Shown one piece after another: positions 19,170 through 29,500 of a stretch of DNA of 40,960 bases (its first letter is position 1; every line of letters starts with the position of its first letter). The translations under genes and the position numbers were made by a program. The notes beneath the pieces are model-generated. The model had not been told where the DNA came from. It worked only from the letters and a program-made list of their open reading frames with translations, and did not search any database. The stretch is from the sequence record SRR31156797_13057; one strand, given 5' to 3'.

Positions 19170-21743
19170 TCAATCAAACATTGCAAAATCCTTGAGGAAC
19201 CGGGCCCTGCGACGTTCAACTTCTGTTTTGTTGGTCATGATCATGTCAAGTTGACGTGTGTGTGTAATAAGATACCCAAGGATTTTCAATCGCCTCCCCA
19301 TGGCCTTCCGGGGGAGTCCTTCAACCCGAGCAAACATGTTGTCCTGACGGACGCGAACACGAAAATCAAATTCTTCCAACAGATCCCCCACAAAACGAGC
19401 TCGCAGGATACGCCGTTCCACATTGGCAGCGCCTCCCTTAAACTGAAAACTGGCGTAGTTTTCACTGGTTCGATCAGAGACCAATGATTCAACACCACAA
19501 AAATGAAAACCGAATCGGGATTGCAGCGAACAATAATTCTTTGAAATCATGAAATAATTTTTCTGACTGTACCGAGTGCCGGATGACGGATTCAAATCCG
19601 GGTTCATGGTCGCCTCAAACATGACGGACATCAGTCCTTTGGTATGAACCGGCGGCGGCCCTTCCCACTGTACGGCCTGCATCCCTTCCCACAAGGCATG
19701 CATAGGGTATGAATCAACATGTTTGAGCAGGATGCACTGGTCAGCCCTGTTTTCCCCTTCTGGCAAAAAACCATCATCAAGATTGAGCACCCAAAATTGC
19801 TTGGGCACATCACAGATAAGCTGACGGCTGGCAGCCTCGATAAAATCGTTGTCCGTGCCAAACTCGAACATTCCTGCAACACCCTTCTCATGACAATAGC
19901 GCATTATATCATGCAGGGTCTTACAGTTTTCCGGCTTGAATTCCGGGGACTCGGGATCCGTCAGGTTCAAACGAACAATATGTCGCGCCGCTTTCCTGAG
20001 GGCTGCCTGCACCGGACTTCCTCGCATAATTCGCTCTCTCGGCTTTTCCACGAGCAATGATTCAACAGCGCCATCATAGACTGCGTGACCGTCGGCATCC
20101 ACAGTGAGGATATGCCCGTTCTCAAAATTCCCGACCACGCCTTTCACGCCAAACAATGCAGGAACACCAAACTCTCTCGCAACGTTGGCCAAATGACCAG
20201 CCATACCACCCTGCTCTGAAATTAATGCGCTGCATCGATCAAGCAGCGCCGCGCGACTGGGCAAAGCGTGTTTGAGAATCATCACACCGCCATCAGGGAA
20301 AGTAAGGGCGTCCACATCTTTCCGCACGGAGTATGCAGGACCAACTCCAACTCCGGGGCTGGCTGTTCGTCCACCGGATAACACCGGCTTGGGCAAATCG
20401 GCAGCAGATGGATGCGCAATTTTGGCGGACTCAATCTGCATAAGCGGCCTGCACTGCAACAAATGAAAAACACCATCCGGCGTCATAGCCCATTCTATGT
20501 CCTGAGGTGTGCCAAATTGTTCTTCAATACGTACAGCTTCGCGAGCAATAATCGCAGCCTGCTCATCCGTCAAGGATGGTTCACACCGTTGCTCTTCCAA
20601 CAGGCTTTCCCGACAGACGCCTTCCTTGGGGCTACACACAAACATATCAGGCTTTTCAGCAATAATCCGATCGTTTACAGCCAAAGAATCACGATTCACC
20701 AAAAACACGTCCGTCTCAGCCGTCCCATCCACTACAGGCTTGGGCAACCCCCAAACAGAATGAATGGACACGGACTCATCCCGTACATTAACCGGATTTC
20801 GGGAATAGGCCACCCCCCCGGACATGGCATCAACCATGGTCATACATCCCACACTCATGGCGACATCTTCGTCCCTAATGCCACGATTCATGCGGTAAGC
20901 CATAGCTTGTCGCGTAAACTTTGAAGCCAGTACTTCCTTGTAGGAATCGAGCAACGCCCCTCGGTCCACATTAAGTACGGATCGATACTGTCCGGCATAG
21001 GATGAACCTTCCACGTCCTCACCCAAAGCACTGGAACGGACAGCCAAGTCCGGCGGTTCGCCAAGTTGTTCGCTTAACCGATCATAAGCAGCCAAAATCG
21101 TTTCAGCCAAATCGTCAGGAAGTCGGGTCTCCATGACCAATTGCATTATATCCGACGAAGTCCGAAACAAGGCCTCCCTGTCGTTCCTATCTGTAGCCTG
21201 AATGAGCCGCGCGACCTCAGGCCGCAGTCCACCGGCCTCTACGAAACGCCTATACGCTGCCACGGTAACCACAAATCCAGCAGGAATCTTCAACCCGAGG
21301 CTGCTCCCGGCTTCACCAAGCATGGCCATCTTGGGGCCGCACAAATCAGCATGATCCCGTCCAACCTCCGACAGATCAAACACGAACTCGCCGCTCACCA
21401 TATGTTCTTCAGGAGCAAGCGCAGTCATGATGCGCTCGTTGATGAATTCCATGGAGGCCACAAGCTCGTCATGGCCTGAGCGATCCAGTTCACCCAAGTG
21501 ACGGACCATTTGAAAAATGGATGTAGAAAGCCGAGTGCACAGAGTGTTGACATACTCCATACCATAAGGAGTAAACCCGCGCAGGGCCTCCTCCAGTTCG
21601 CCAATCAATTCATGAGCACGCGTATTAGCCTGGATTAAAAGACGAAAATGGTCATACCGCGCCGCGAAAACCCGACGAATCTCCGCCAGCTCCTCGGGGG
21701 TTTTCTTTCGCGCACTCCACGGCAACCAGTCAAGAAAGCCCAT
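19170..21743 (-). CDS. PEP-synthase/PPDK-like protein (ATP-grasp nucleotide-binding domain, swivelling phospho-His domain, unassigned C-terminal domain)
   Basis: GPKMAMLG, IPAGFVVT, AVRSSALGED, SYAGQY, PQDIEWA, LLQCRP; mobile domain GGMAGHLANVAREFGVP. No recognisable pyruvate-binding barrel. Confidence 0.85.
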   Translation of the reverse strand: MGFLDWLPWSARKKTPEELAEIRRVFAARYDHFRLLIQANTRAHELIGELEEALRGFTPYGMEYVNTLCTRLSTSIFQMVRHLGELDRSGHDELVASMEFINERIMTALAPEEHMVSGEFVFDLSEVGRDHADLCGPKMAMLGEAGSSLGLKIPAGFVVTVAAYRRFVEAGGLRPEVARLIQATDRNDREALFRTSSDIMQLVMETRLPDDLAETILAAYDRLSEQLGEPPDLAVRSSALGEDVEGSSYAGQYRSVLNVDRGALLDSYKEVLASKFTRQAMAYRMNRGIRDEDVAMSVGCMTMVDAMSGGVAYSRNPVNVRDESVSIHSVWGLPKPVVDGTAETDVFLVNRDSLAVNDRIIAEKPDMFVCSPKEGVCRESLLEEQRCEPSLTDEQAAIIAREAVRIEEQFGTPQDIEWAMTPDGVFHLLQCRPLMQIESAKIAHPSAADLPKPVLSGGRTASPGVGVGPAYSVRKDVDALTFPDGGVMILKHALPSRAALLDRCSALISEQGGMAGHLANVAREFGVPALFGVKGVVGNFENGHILTVDADGHAVYDGAVESLLVEKPRERIMRGSPVQAALRKAARHIVRLNLTDPESPEFKPENCKTLHDIMRYCHEKGVAGMFEFGTDNDFIEAASRQLICDVPKQFWVLNLDDGFLPEGENRADQCILLKHVDSYPMHALWEGMQAVQWEGPPPVHTKGLMSVMFEATMNPDLNPSSGTRYSQKNYFMISKNYCSLQSRFGFHFCGVESLVSDRTSENYASFQFKGGAANVERRILRARFVGDLLEEFDFRVRVRQDNMFARVEGLPRKAMGRRLKILGYLITHTRQLDMIMTNKTEVERRRARFLKDFAMFD

Positions 21744-21801
21744 ACGGCCTCCATCGACATAAAAAATATTTTTTCAAGGAGAAATAGGTCATGATTAGCC
21801 G

Positions 21802-22212
21802 TTATTGACTATGTTCTTTGGCCGTAATTTTCTCTTCATGATGCCGCTTACGGGTAGAAGCATCTTCCAACTTGTACAGCAACTCTTCGAACTCGACCGG
21901 CTTCATCAAGTAATCAAAGGCTCCCAACTCCATACCATTGATGGCAATATCCATACTGGCGTGCCCGGTAAGCATAACCACTTCAATCAAAGGATTGATA
22001 AGTTTGATTTTGTGCAGAGTTGTCAGACCATCCATACCGGGCATTTTGACATCAAGCAGAACAACCTCCGGCTCAAAGGATTCAACAATCTCAAGGGCCT
22101 TTTCGCCCGAATCTGCCTCCTCAACAATCATTCCGCGCCTGCCGAGCCGTTTGCCCAGCGTCTTGCGAAAACCAGCTTCGTCATCCACCAAAAGTACCTT
22201 GATGTCTGCCAT
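21802..22212 (-). CDS. Single-domain response regulator (NtrC-type receiver)
   Basis: LLVDDE, VLLDVKMP, MLTGH, DYLMKP; no output domain. GGAGAG RBS before MADIK. Confidence 0.9.
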   Translation of the reverse strand: MADIKVLLVDDEAGFRKTLGKRLGRRGMIVEEADSGEKALEIVESFEPEVVLLDVKMPGMDGLTTLHKIKLINPLIEVVMLTGHASMDIAINGMELGAFDYLMKPVEFEELLYKLEDASTRKRHHEEKITAKEHSQ

Positions 22213-22235
22213 ATACACTCTCCGTCAGTTGCCAG

Positions 22236-22613
22236 TTATGCCTGATCCACGGCCTGGCGAATTTTTTTCAACAAATCATCAAGATCGCACGGCTTGAGCA
22301 TGTAGTCGAATGCGCCATAGGCAACACCTTCCCGTGCCGCCTGTTCACTCCCGTGACCGGTCAACATAATGACTGGCAAATCAGGAACCATCTTCTTGAA
22401 TATCTGCAAGACTTCAATACCGTCCATGTCCTCCAGCTTGAGGTCAAGAACAGCCACATCGAAATCTTTACCTCTCAAAATTTGTATGGCTTCGGCCCCA
22501 CTGATGGCGATGGTCACATCAAGTCCACGCTTTCCCAGACGTTTCTGTAAAACTTCCAGAAAACCGACTTCATCATCCACCAAGAAAAGACGAATGGGCG
22601 CGTCACTCATCAA
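22236..22613 (-). CDS. Single-domain response regulator
   Basis: LVDDE, AVLDLKL, MLTGHG, DYMLKP. The start is at 22613 (TTG) or 22610 (ATG). Confidence 0.9.
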   Translation of the reverse strand: MMSDAPIRLFLVDDEVGFLEVLQKRLGKRGLDVTIAISGAEAIQILRGKDFDVAVLDLKLEDMDGIEVLQIFKKMVPDLPVIMLTGHGSEQAAREGVAYGAFDYMLKPCDLDDLLKKIRQAVDQA

Positions 22614-22622
22614 ACATTCCTC

Positions 22623-23054
22623 CTAATCGCCCCTTCGCAGGACAATATGTCTGGCCCTGGCCTCAAGAATCTTGGTCTCCTGAGCCTGCTTCTTGTCATA
22701 GGCCTCATCAACTTTGACCAACAATTCTTCAAGGTCACATGGCTTCATCATGTAGTCGAAAGCGCCTGACTTCATGCCTTCAATGGCGGATTCCACCGTT
22801 GCATGTCCGGTCAACATGATGACTTCCACCAATGGATATTCCGCCTTGACCACCTTCAATGCTTCGTTTCCATCCATACCGGGCATCTTGACGTCCATGA
22901 CCACCACATCAATGGAATGATTAGCAGCCAAGGCATCGATACCGTCTTGCCCACTATAGGCAGTGGTCACCGTCAGACCTCGATTGTCAAGCCGCTTGGC
23001 CATGGTGTCAACAAAACCCTGTTCATCGTCGACGAGAAGAATATTCGCAGGCAT
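22623..23054 (-). CDS. Single-domain response regulator
   Basis: LLVDDE, VVMDVKMP, MLTGHA, DYMMKP. AGGAGG RBS. Confidence 0.9.
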   Translation of the reverse strand: MPANILLVDDEQGFVDTMAKRLDNRGLTVTTAYSGQDGIDALAANHSIDVVVMDVKMPGMDGNEALKVVKAEYPLVEVIMLTGHATVESAIEGMKSGAFDYMMKPCDLEELLVKVDEAYDKKQAQETKILEARARHIVLRRGD

Positions 23055-23083
23055 ATGTTCCCTCCTAATTCACCGGGACTTCA

Positions 23084-24823
23084 TCATGAAGCCCCATGTT
23101 CATTCACACTAAAATCACACGCACCACCATCCTCGCCTTCAGCCACAGGCAGTCGGATGGTAAATTTCGTCCCCTGATCCACAGCAGAATTTACCGCAAT
23201 AGTGCCGTCCATCTTGTTGATAATACCGTATATTATGGACAGCCCAAGGCCTGTCCCCTTACCCACGGGCTTCGTCGTAAAAAAAGGATCAAAAATTCGC
23301 GACAGATTGGCCTGCGGAATCCCACACCCCGTGTCGGCAATGGAAACCATCACGGTATCGTCTTCCACTCGAGTCATGATGTCGAGATTTCCACCGCCCG
23401 GGTCCATAGCATCAATAGCATTGTTGACCAGATTAAGGAAAACCTGTTGCATCTCTGACGGGCTGGCTTCTACCGGAGGGATACTATCCCCAAGGCTCGT
23501 CTCAATGATCACATTGGCATACTTGGCCCGCTGTTCGGAAAGCTGAACTATTTCCAGAACCAACTCGTTAAGACAGACAGACTTAACCGTAGGATCAATC
23601 TTCCGGGCGAAGCTGAGCAATTTATGGGTAATTTCCTTGCATCGCCCTCCTTGAGTCCGAATCTGATTCAAAGCGCGTTGCACTTCACGCTCATTGTCAT
23701 CCTTGGCTAGTCCTTCTTCCAATAAATCCTGAATCCACCCGGCTTCTTCCACCATGATTGCTACCGGATTGTTAATTTCGTGGGCAATACCTGCGGCCAA
23801 TTCTCCGACAGATGCGAGCTTGCCAGCCTCGATCACTTGTTCATTCATAATATCCTTTGCCGCATCTGCCCGAGCAACCTTACGGGCCATACGCTTGCTC
23901 ATGAGGTACGCCATAACCCCAATGGAAACTCCACCAATCAACAAAACCACCAATGCAAGATTTCTGGAACGGTTCAAATCAGACATGGCATCCGCCACGT
24001 CCTGTTGATACACCATGATCCAATCACCATTCTTGATTGGACTGGTCACAAATATGGTCTCACGCCCTGTGGCAGGATTGGTCTCGATAGTCATGGCGGC
24101 CCGACCTCGCACCATGCCGGATCGCTTCGTCATGGCGACAGCCATTTGGCGCAAAAAAGGGACCTCAGCAGTCATATCCCGACGCGGGGTAGTTTGAAAC
24201 TCTGCTTGTCTATTAATGATATAGGCCAAACCGGTTTCGCCGATACGGATATCTTCAACCAGCTTGTTGAAAGCAATAAAATCGAGGGTGGTCCGCAAGA
24301 CCCATTCCTGCCCATTTTCATCAAGCAAAAGAGCAATGGTAAAATGAGGGACTCCGCGAAGCCCCAACCCCACGTCACTAACATGAACCTTGCGCTTCCT
24401 AGCAGCCTTGAACCACTCCTCTTCGGAATAATTCACGCCTTGAAGCTTATATGGCCCGGCATACGCAACCTGAATTCCTTCACTGTTGACCATACCCAAA
24501 TCCACAAAATCGCTGCCATGCCCACGAACAAGTGCATCATGTAAGGCTTGAAGGCTGGCAGGATCATGCAATTTTCCCAATTCAATGATTTCGGCAAGAA
24601 CCTGAATCTCAGCGACCTTTTCTTCAAGGTATGAATCCACCGACTGATCGTGCTTCAACACTAGCTCTCGTAAATGAGCTTCGACTTTTTCTTCATAAAC
24701 GACACTGTATTGGTAGCCTGCGATAAGAACTATGCACAAAAGTGGAGCAAAAGAAACGAGTATGATGGTAAACATCATGCTCTTGGCCAACCCATGGTAA
24801 TAATGCGTATCAGACATTCTCAC
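23084..24823 (-). CDS. Membrane sensor histidine kinase with periplasmic Cache-like domain (NtrB/DctB-type)
   Basis: Two TM helices, H-box LAAGIAHEINNP, QVFLNLVNNA, DTGCGI, FDPFFTTK, GTGLGL. Start is GTG 24823 or ATG 24817. Confidence 0.92.
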   Translation of the reverse strand: MRMSDTHYYHGLAKSMMFTIILVSFAPLLCIVLIAGYQYSVVYEEKVEAHLRELVLKHDQSVDSYLEEKVAEIQVLAEIIELGKLHDPASLQALHDALVRGHGSDFVDLGMVNSEGIQVAYAGPYKLQGVNYSEEEWFKAARKRKVHVSDVGLGLRGVPHFTIALLLDENGQEWVLRTTLDFIAFNKLVEDIRIGETGLAYIINRQAEFQTTPRRDMTAEVPFLRQMAVAMTKRSGMVRGRAAMTIETNPATGRETIFVTSPIKNGDWIMVYQQDVADAMSDLNRSRNLALVVLLIGGVSIGVMAYLMSKRMARKVARADAAKDIMNEQVIEAGKLASVGELAAGIAHEINNPVAIMVEEAGWIQDLLEEGLAKDDNEREVQRALNQIRTQGGRCKEITHKLLSFARKIDPTVKSVCLNELVLEIVQLSEQRAKYANVIIETSLGDSIPPVEASPSEMQQVFLNLVNNAIDAMDPGGGNLDIMTRVEDDTVMVSIADTGCGIPQANLSRIFDPFFTTKPVGKGTGLGLSIIYGIINKMDGTIAVNSAVDQGTKFTIRLPVAEGEDGGACDFSVNEHGAS

Positions 24824-25166
24824 TCCGAATCACGGGGAAACGCCACAGGGGGTAGAAGGACCACGGGAAAACACTCAAAACACCACATAGATTCCTTCAC
24901 TTAGGTGCATTATAAAACCATTTCACCCCATAAATCAACAACCCCCGATTTTTTCACACAAAAACAGTGTCCCTTACTCGGAAATGCAAAATCAAGCTGA
25001 TAAATAATAAAAAATGGGTACACAGAAAGAAAATACGGTTTTTTAAACAGACAAATACTCAAATATATGTTTAAAAAATATCAAATAATGGTTGCATATT
25101 TCCTATTGCATGATGAATATACTCATAAAAACATATCATTCAGAGCAAATCATACGGACATTCGCC

Positions 25167-26387
25167 ATGAAATTACATCTGCCGATCCTGCTCATAACAC
25201 TAATTCTCCTTTTCGGATGTGGTGGGGGAAGAAGCGCTAACAGCCCCCAGACCCCCAAGCCTTTCTTTGTAACAAAAACGACCAAAGAAATCGAAAATCC
25301 AGAACACATGGGGCCACAGGAACTTCAGGCTGCCGTCATGGCATACGCTGACACAACCAATACGCTTATGGGTGAAGCCGCTGCGATCATAAACGCAATT
25401 GGCACACCACAAGCAAGGCTAACCGCAGCCCGAATGTTGGTTTTCAATCTTTCCAGCAATACAGAAATAGCATCCGGTCCTTATCCGGGAGTTTCCTTAC
25501 TCGACATGACTGTCGTTGCCACGCTTCGACGTATGGTGTGGGAAGACTTCTGGATTCCCCAAATTTTCGGAGAAGAAGGGAAACCGGCCTTGGCAATCAT
25601 TATCGAAGCTGAAAAAGACATTTGGGAAGTGGCCGAACGGATAATGACACCCGCGCAAAGAGAAGAACTCAAACGAGTCATCATGGCGTGGCGTACAAAA
25701 TACCCGAACAAAATCAGCGTCAACTACGTCCGCTTTGAGGACTTTGGCGAGCTCGGTCTCAAGCCCTCCATGCGTAAACTCATCGCACCAGGGGGTCTTT
25801 TTGCCAGTGTCGAAGAAGCAGCACGGGTAGCTCAAGACATGAAACTAGCTATTGACCGAGCTTTTTATCTCGTCTCCCGTATGCAGCTTCTGATCAATTT
25901 CCAAATCAGACTTGCCTATCTCGAAATGGTCTTCCAACCGGAAGCAAACGGTCTCATCACCTCAACGGAAAAGATGGTCGGCCTGTCCGAACGATATGCC
26001 GATATCGCCGAAAGTCTCCCCGGTGAGATGAGCGCGGAAGCCTCCAAACTCATCAACCAACTCTTTGTTAACCTCTCCAAACAACGAGACGAAACCCTGA
26101 ACAAAGCCTTAACCGGCATGACAACATGGCAGGACGACGTAATTCACGATGTCATGCTCAGTGTTTCCGTAGAACGCGAAGCAGCAATCAGCCAAGCCAT
26201 GGCTGGGCTGATCAAACAACAGGATGTTCTGTTTGACAGAGTCGACGAACTTGTCGACCAGAGCAGTGGCGAAATGGAAGAAATGTTGAACCACGCATTC
26301 ATGCTCGGCGTCATGCTCATTGTCATCTTCTTTGTATTGTTAACCTTGTACAGGATATTCATCGTTGGAATGGTTGGAAGAAGATAA
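25167..26387 (+). CDS. Hypothetical lipoprotein with C-terminal transmembrane helix
   Basis: MKLHLPILLITLILLFG-C lipobox, mostly helical body, C-terminal hydrophobic AFMLGVMLIVIFFVLLTLY then basic tail. Confidence 0.75.
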   Translation: MKLHLPILLITLILLFGCGGGRSANSPQTPKPFFVTKTTKEIENPEHMGPQELQAAVMAYADTTNTLMGEAAAIINAIGTPQARLTAARMLVFNLSSNTEIASGPYPGVSLLDMTVVATLRRMVWEDFWIPQIFGEEGKPALAIIIEAEKDIWEVAERIMTPAQREELKRVIMAWRTKYPNKISVNYVRFEDFGELGLKPSMRKLIAPGGLFASVEEAARVAQDMKLAIDRAFYLVSRMQLLINFQIRLAYLEMVFQPEANGLITSTEKMVGLSERYADIAESLPGEMSAEASKLINQLFVNLSKQRDETLNKALTGMTTWQDDVIHDVMLSVSVEREAAISQAMAGLIKQQDVLFDRVDELVDQSSGEMEEMLNHAFMLGVMLIVIFFVLLTLYRIFIVGMVGRR

Positions 26388-26562
26388 TTCCCAACCGCTT
26401 ACTGATTCTCTTTTTTGCCGCTCTCCAAATCAAGTCTTACATCGTGCCTGTATACGGCCAAACAATATCCTTGATTCGACACGTCTGAAACATAGATAAT
26501 GAAAACAATTTCGGGTAAGGTAATAGACTTCCGGTCAACCTCTTTCAGCAAGCAGGTCGAAC

Positions 26563-29500
26563 ATGCTGTCATTTATCGATAAAGTCCCCTATGGCTCACC
26601 CAAAATGCGTCGTGTCGCCTTTTGGATTTTGACATCCTTCATTGCGTACACCCTATTCGGCTTCTTCGCTGTACCGCCTATATTGAAGAGTGTGATCATG
26701 GACCAAATCGATGATGGGTTGAAACGACCTGCCCAAATCGAAGAAATTTATTTCAACCCCTTCACCTACCATTTCGAAATCACCAACCTCAAGGTCAACA
26801 AGCTTGAGGGTGAAGGCGATCTTCTTTCCGTGGGTAAAGCCGTAGCTGCTCCGGGTATCTCCACACTCTGGAAGTTCGCCCCTGTCATAGCCTACCTGCA
26901 CCTCGACAATCTTCAGTTGGACATCACATTCTTCGGCAACGGGAAATATTCCATCTCAGACCTTCTTGGCACACCGGATGCCGTGGCCGAAGAAACCCCA
27001 GACACGCCGCCAGCAGAAACGGCCATTTTCCCCTTTGCGCTCTATGGGTTTGAAATGACCAATTCGAAAATCACTTTCGATGATCGACCACACAACAAGA
27101 AACACATCATTTCCGACCTCTTCCTTCGTGTTCCCTTCACCTCATCTTTTACGAGCATGAAGAAAGAATTTACCCAACCTAAATTCACCGCGGTAATCAA
27201 TGGCGATCCAGTCGAACTGAAAGGCAGGACACTTCCTTTTGACGAAACCCTGCTCACAGAATTTGAACTTGGGGCCGTGGACATTGATCTCAATCAATAC
27301 TGGCAATATGTACCAATCAAAACACCGCTTCAACTGAAAGACGGCAAATTCACCTCGGATATTTCTCTCTTTTTTGAACGGCCTGATGCGCAACGACTCA
27401 ATCTATTCCTCGGTGGTGGTGGCAAGCTGACCAATATGGAATTGACTGATCCCAACGAGAAATCAGTGCTCTCGGTAAAAGAACTCGCTTTTGAAATGGA
27501 ACGGTTTTCTTTGGGAGACCGGGCCTTAATCCTCACCAGCATAAGCTTGGAGAACCCCTACTTCAAAGTTATCCGCAACAAAGACAACAGTATCAATTGG
27601 GCGCACTATTTCCCCGGCTCAAAGATGAGTGAAGCCGGCCCAAAGGTCAAAACCGAATCAGAAACGGATTCAGCCTTTGTTCTGGATATTCGAAAAATAG
27701 ATATCATTGAAGGCGCTGTTGATTGGGAAGACCGCCATGTAAAAAACGGCTTTAAACGAACTTTTGCTCCTCTCTCGTTCACAGGAACGGAAATCACAAC
27801 AGCAGGAGACAGGCCTAGTCACATAAAAGCTACGGCAGGCAAGGCTCAGGGTATCATAACAATAGAAGGCATAGCCACAGTACAACCCCTTGCAGCCTCC
27901 CTTTCTGTGACCGGAAAGAATCTCCCGATCCCGGCTTACAAATCCTATATCAATCATGCGCAACCACTCATTGTGGACACAGGTGTTGCAGGCTTTTCGG
28001 CTAACATCGACTTTAAAATGGAAGATGACACCCCTTCTCTGGATGTCACAGAAGGGACAGCCTCGTTGCGAGATATTTCTATCCGCAAACCGGATGCCAA
28101 GAAGCCAAGTCTCGGACTGACTGCATTGGATGTATCCGGTGCTGCCATGAGCCTGAAAAACAAGACTGTGACCGTGGCGGACGTCACGATTACAGGCCCA
28201 TTTGCCAAAGTCGTCATGGGAAAAGATGGTCAACTTGATCTGGGCAAACTTCTAATAAAAGAAGAAGAGATACTGAGTAAGACAGAGGTCGTCGAAACTG
28301 TAGAAAAAACCTGGGCCGGAGGATGGCATGCAGAATTCGGACGCATTCTTGTTAAAGATGGTGCTGCCGATTTTCTGAATCAATCACTCAAACATCCGGC
28401 CAATCTGGGTATCAAAGAATTCACATTGGACCTGCAAGCCCTTTCTACACAAAAGAATGCCACCATGCCTTATTCTCTGAGCGGGACATGGACAGGCAAT
28501 GGATCATTTTCAGGACAGGGAAAAGCCTCCATTACCCCACTCTGGTCCGACGGAACCATTCGCGTCAACGGCGTTGGGCTACGGCCATTTGATGGTTATC
28601 TGGCTGAATACACGGACCTGCTCATTGCCAAGGGCGCGGCTTTTGCCAACCTGAAATATTCATTCAAAGGTGGCAAAAAGCCAAAACTCACCATCACAGG
28701 GGATACCGCACTCGGCGCAGTCTCCATCAAAGACACCCTGAGCAAAAATGAAGTGGCTGGCATCAATAAATTTGAAATAAATTCAATAGCCTTTGCCAAC
28801 GAACCGAACACGCTTTCCATCGGCGAAATCAAACTGAACGAACCTCGCGGACTCATTCATTTCGATGAAAAAGGACGCATGAACATTCTACGAGTCTTGC
28901 GTGTTCCCCAACCACCGCCAGTAGTGGAAGGGGAAAAGGCTGAACAAACCACCCCCAAAACATTACCGGGAAAAGCCACTCAACCTGCGGAAAACATAAA
29001 AGAGACGCCGTTTTTCCAATCCGTCAAAATCGGAAAAATCAACATGACCAAGGGCGCTGTTGCTTTTAAAGATGAAAGTGTACAGCCGGACTTCTCCACC
29101 GAGTTAACCGGCATGAACCTCCGCCTTGCAGATATCGACCAATCGCCTGAAGCAAGGCCCAAGATGGAGTTCAAAGCCAACATAGGCCCCACCCCCATGT
29201 CGATTTCGGGTGTGGTCAACCCGATCATTTCGCCGATTTATTCGGACCTGGCAATTTCCATCAACGGCATGGAACTCGTGCCACTCACACCATACACACT
29301 CAAAAGCCTTGCCTATCCCATTGAAAAAGGACGGCTTTATGCGGATGTGACCTTCAAAGCAGAAAACTGGGTGCTAAACGCTGAAAACAAATTCTACATT
29401 GAACAACTTGTACTGGGCGCCAAGGATAAACGTCCTGATGCCCCCAACGTCCCTGTAGAGTTCGGACTGTCTCTGCTTCAGGATGGCAACGGCAACATGG

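Noticed and set aside
19170-21743. Annotation as ppsA (PEP synthase)
   Set aside because: The C-terminal pyruvate-binding domain motifs are not recognisable, so the symbol is withheld.
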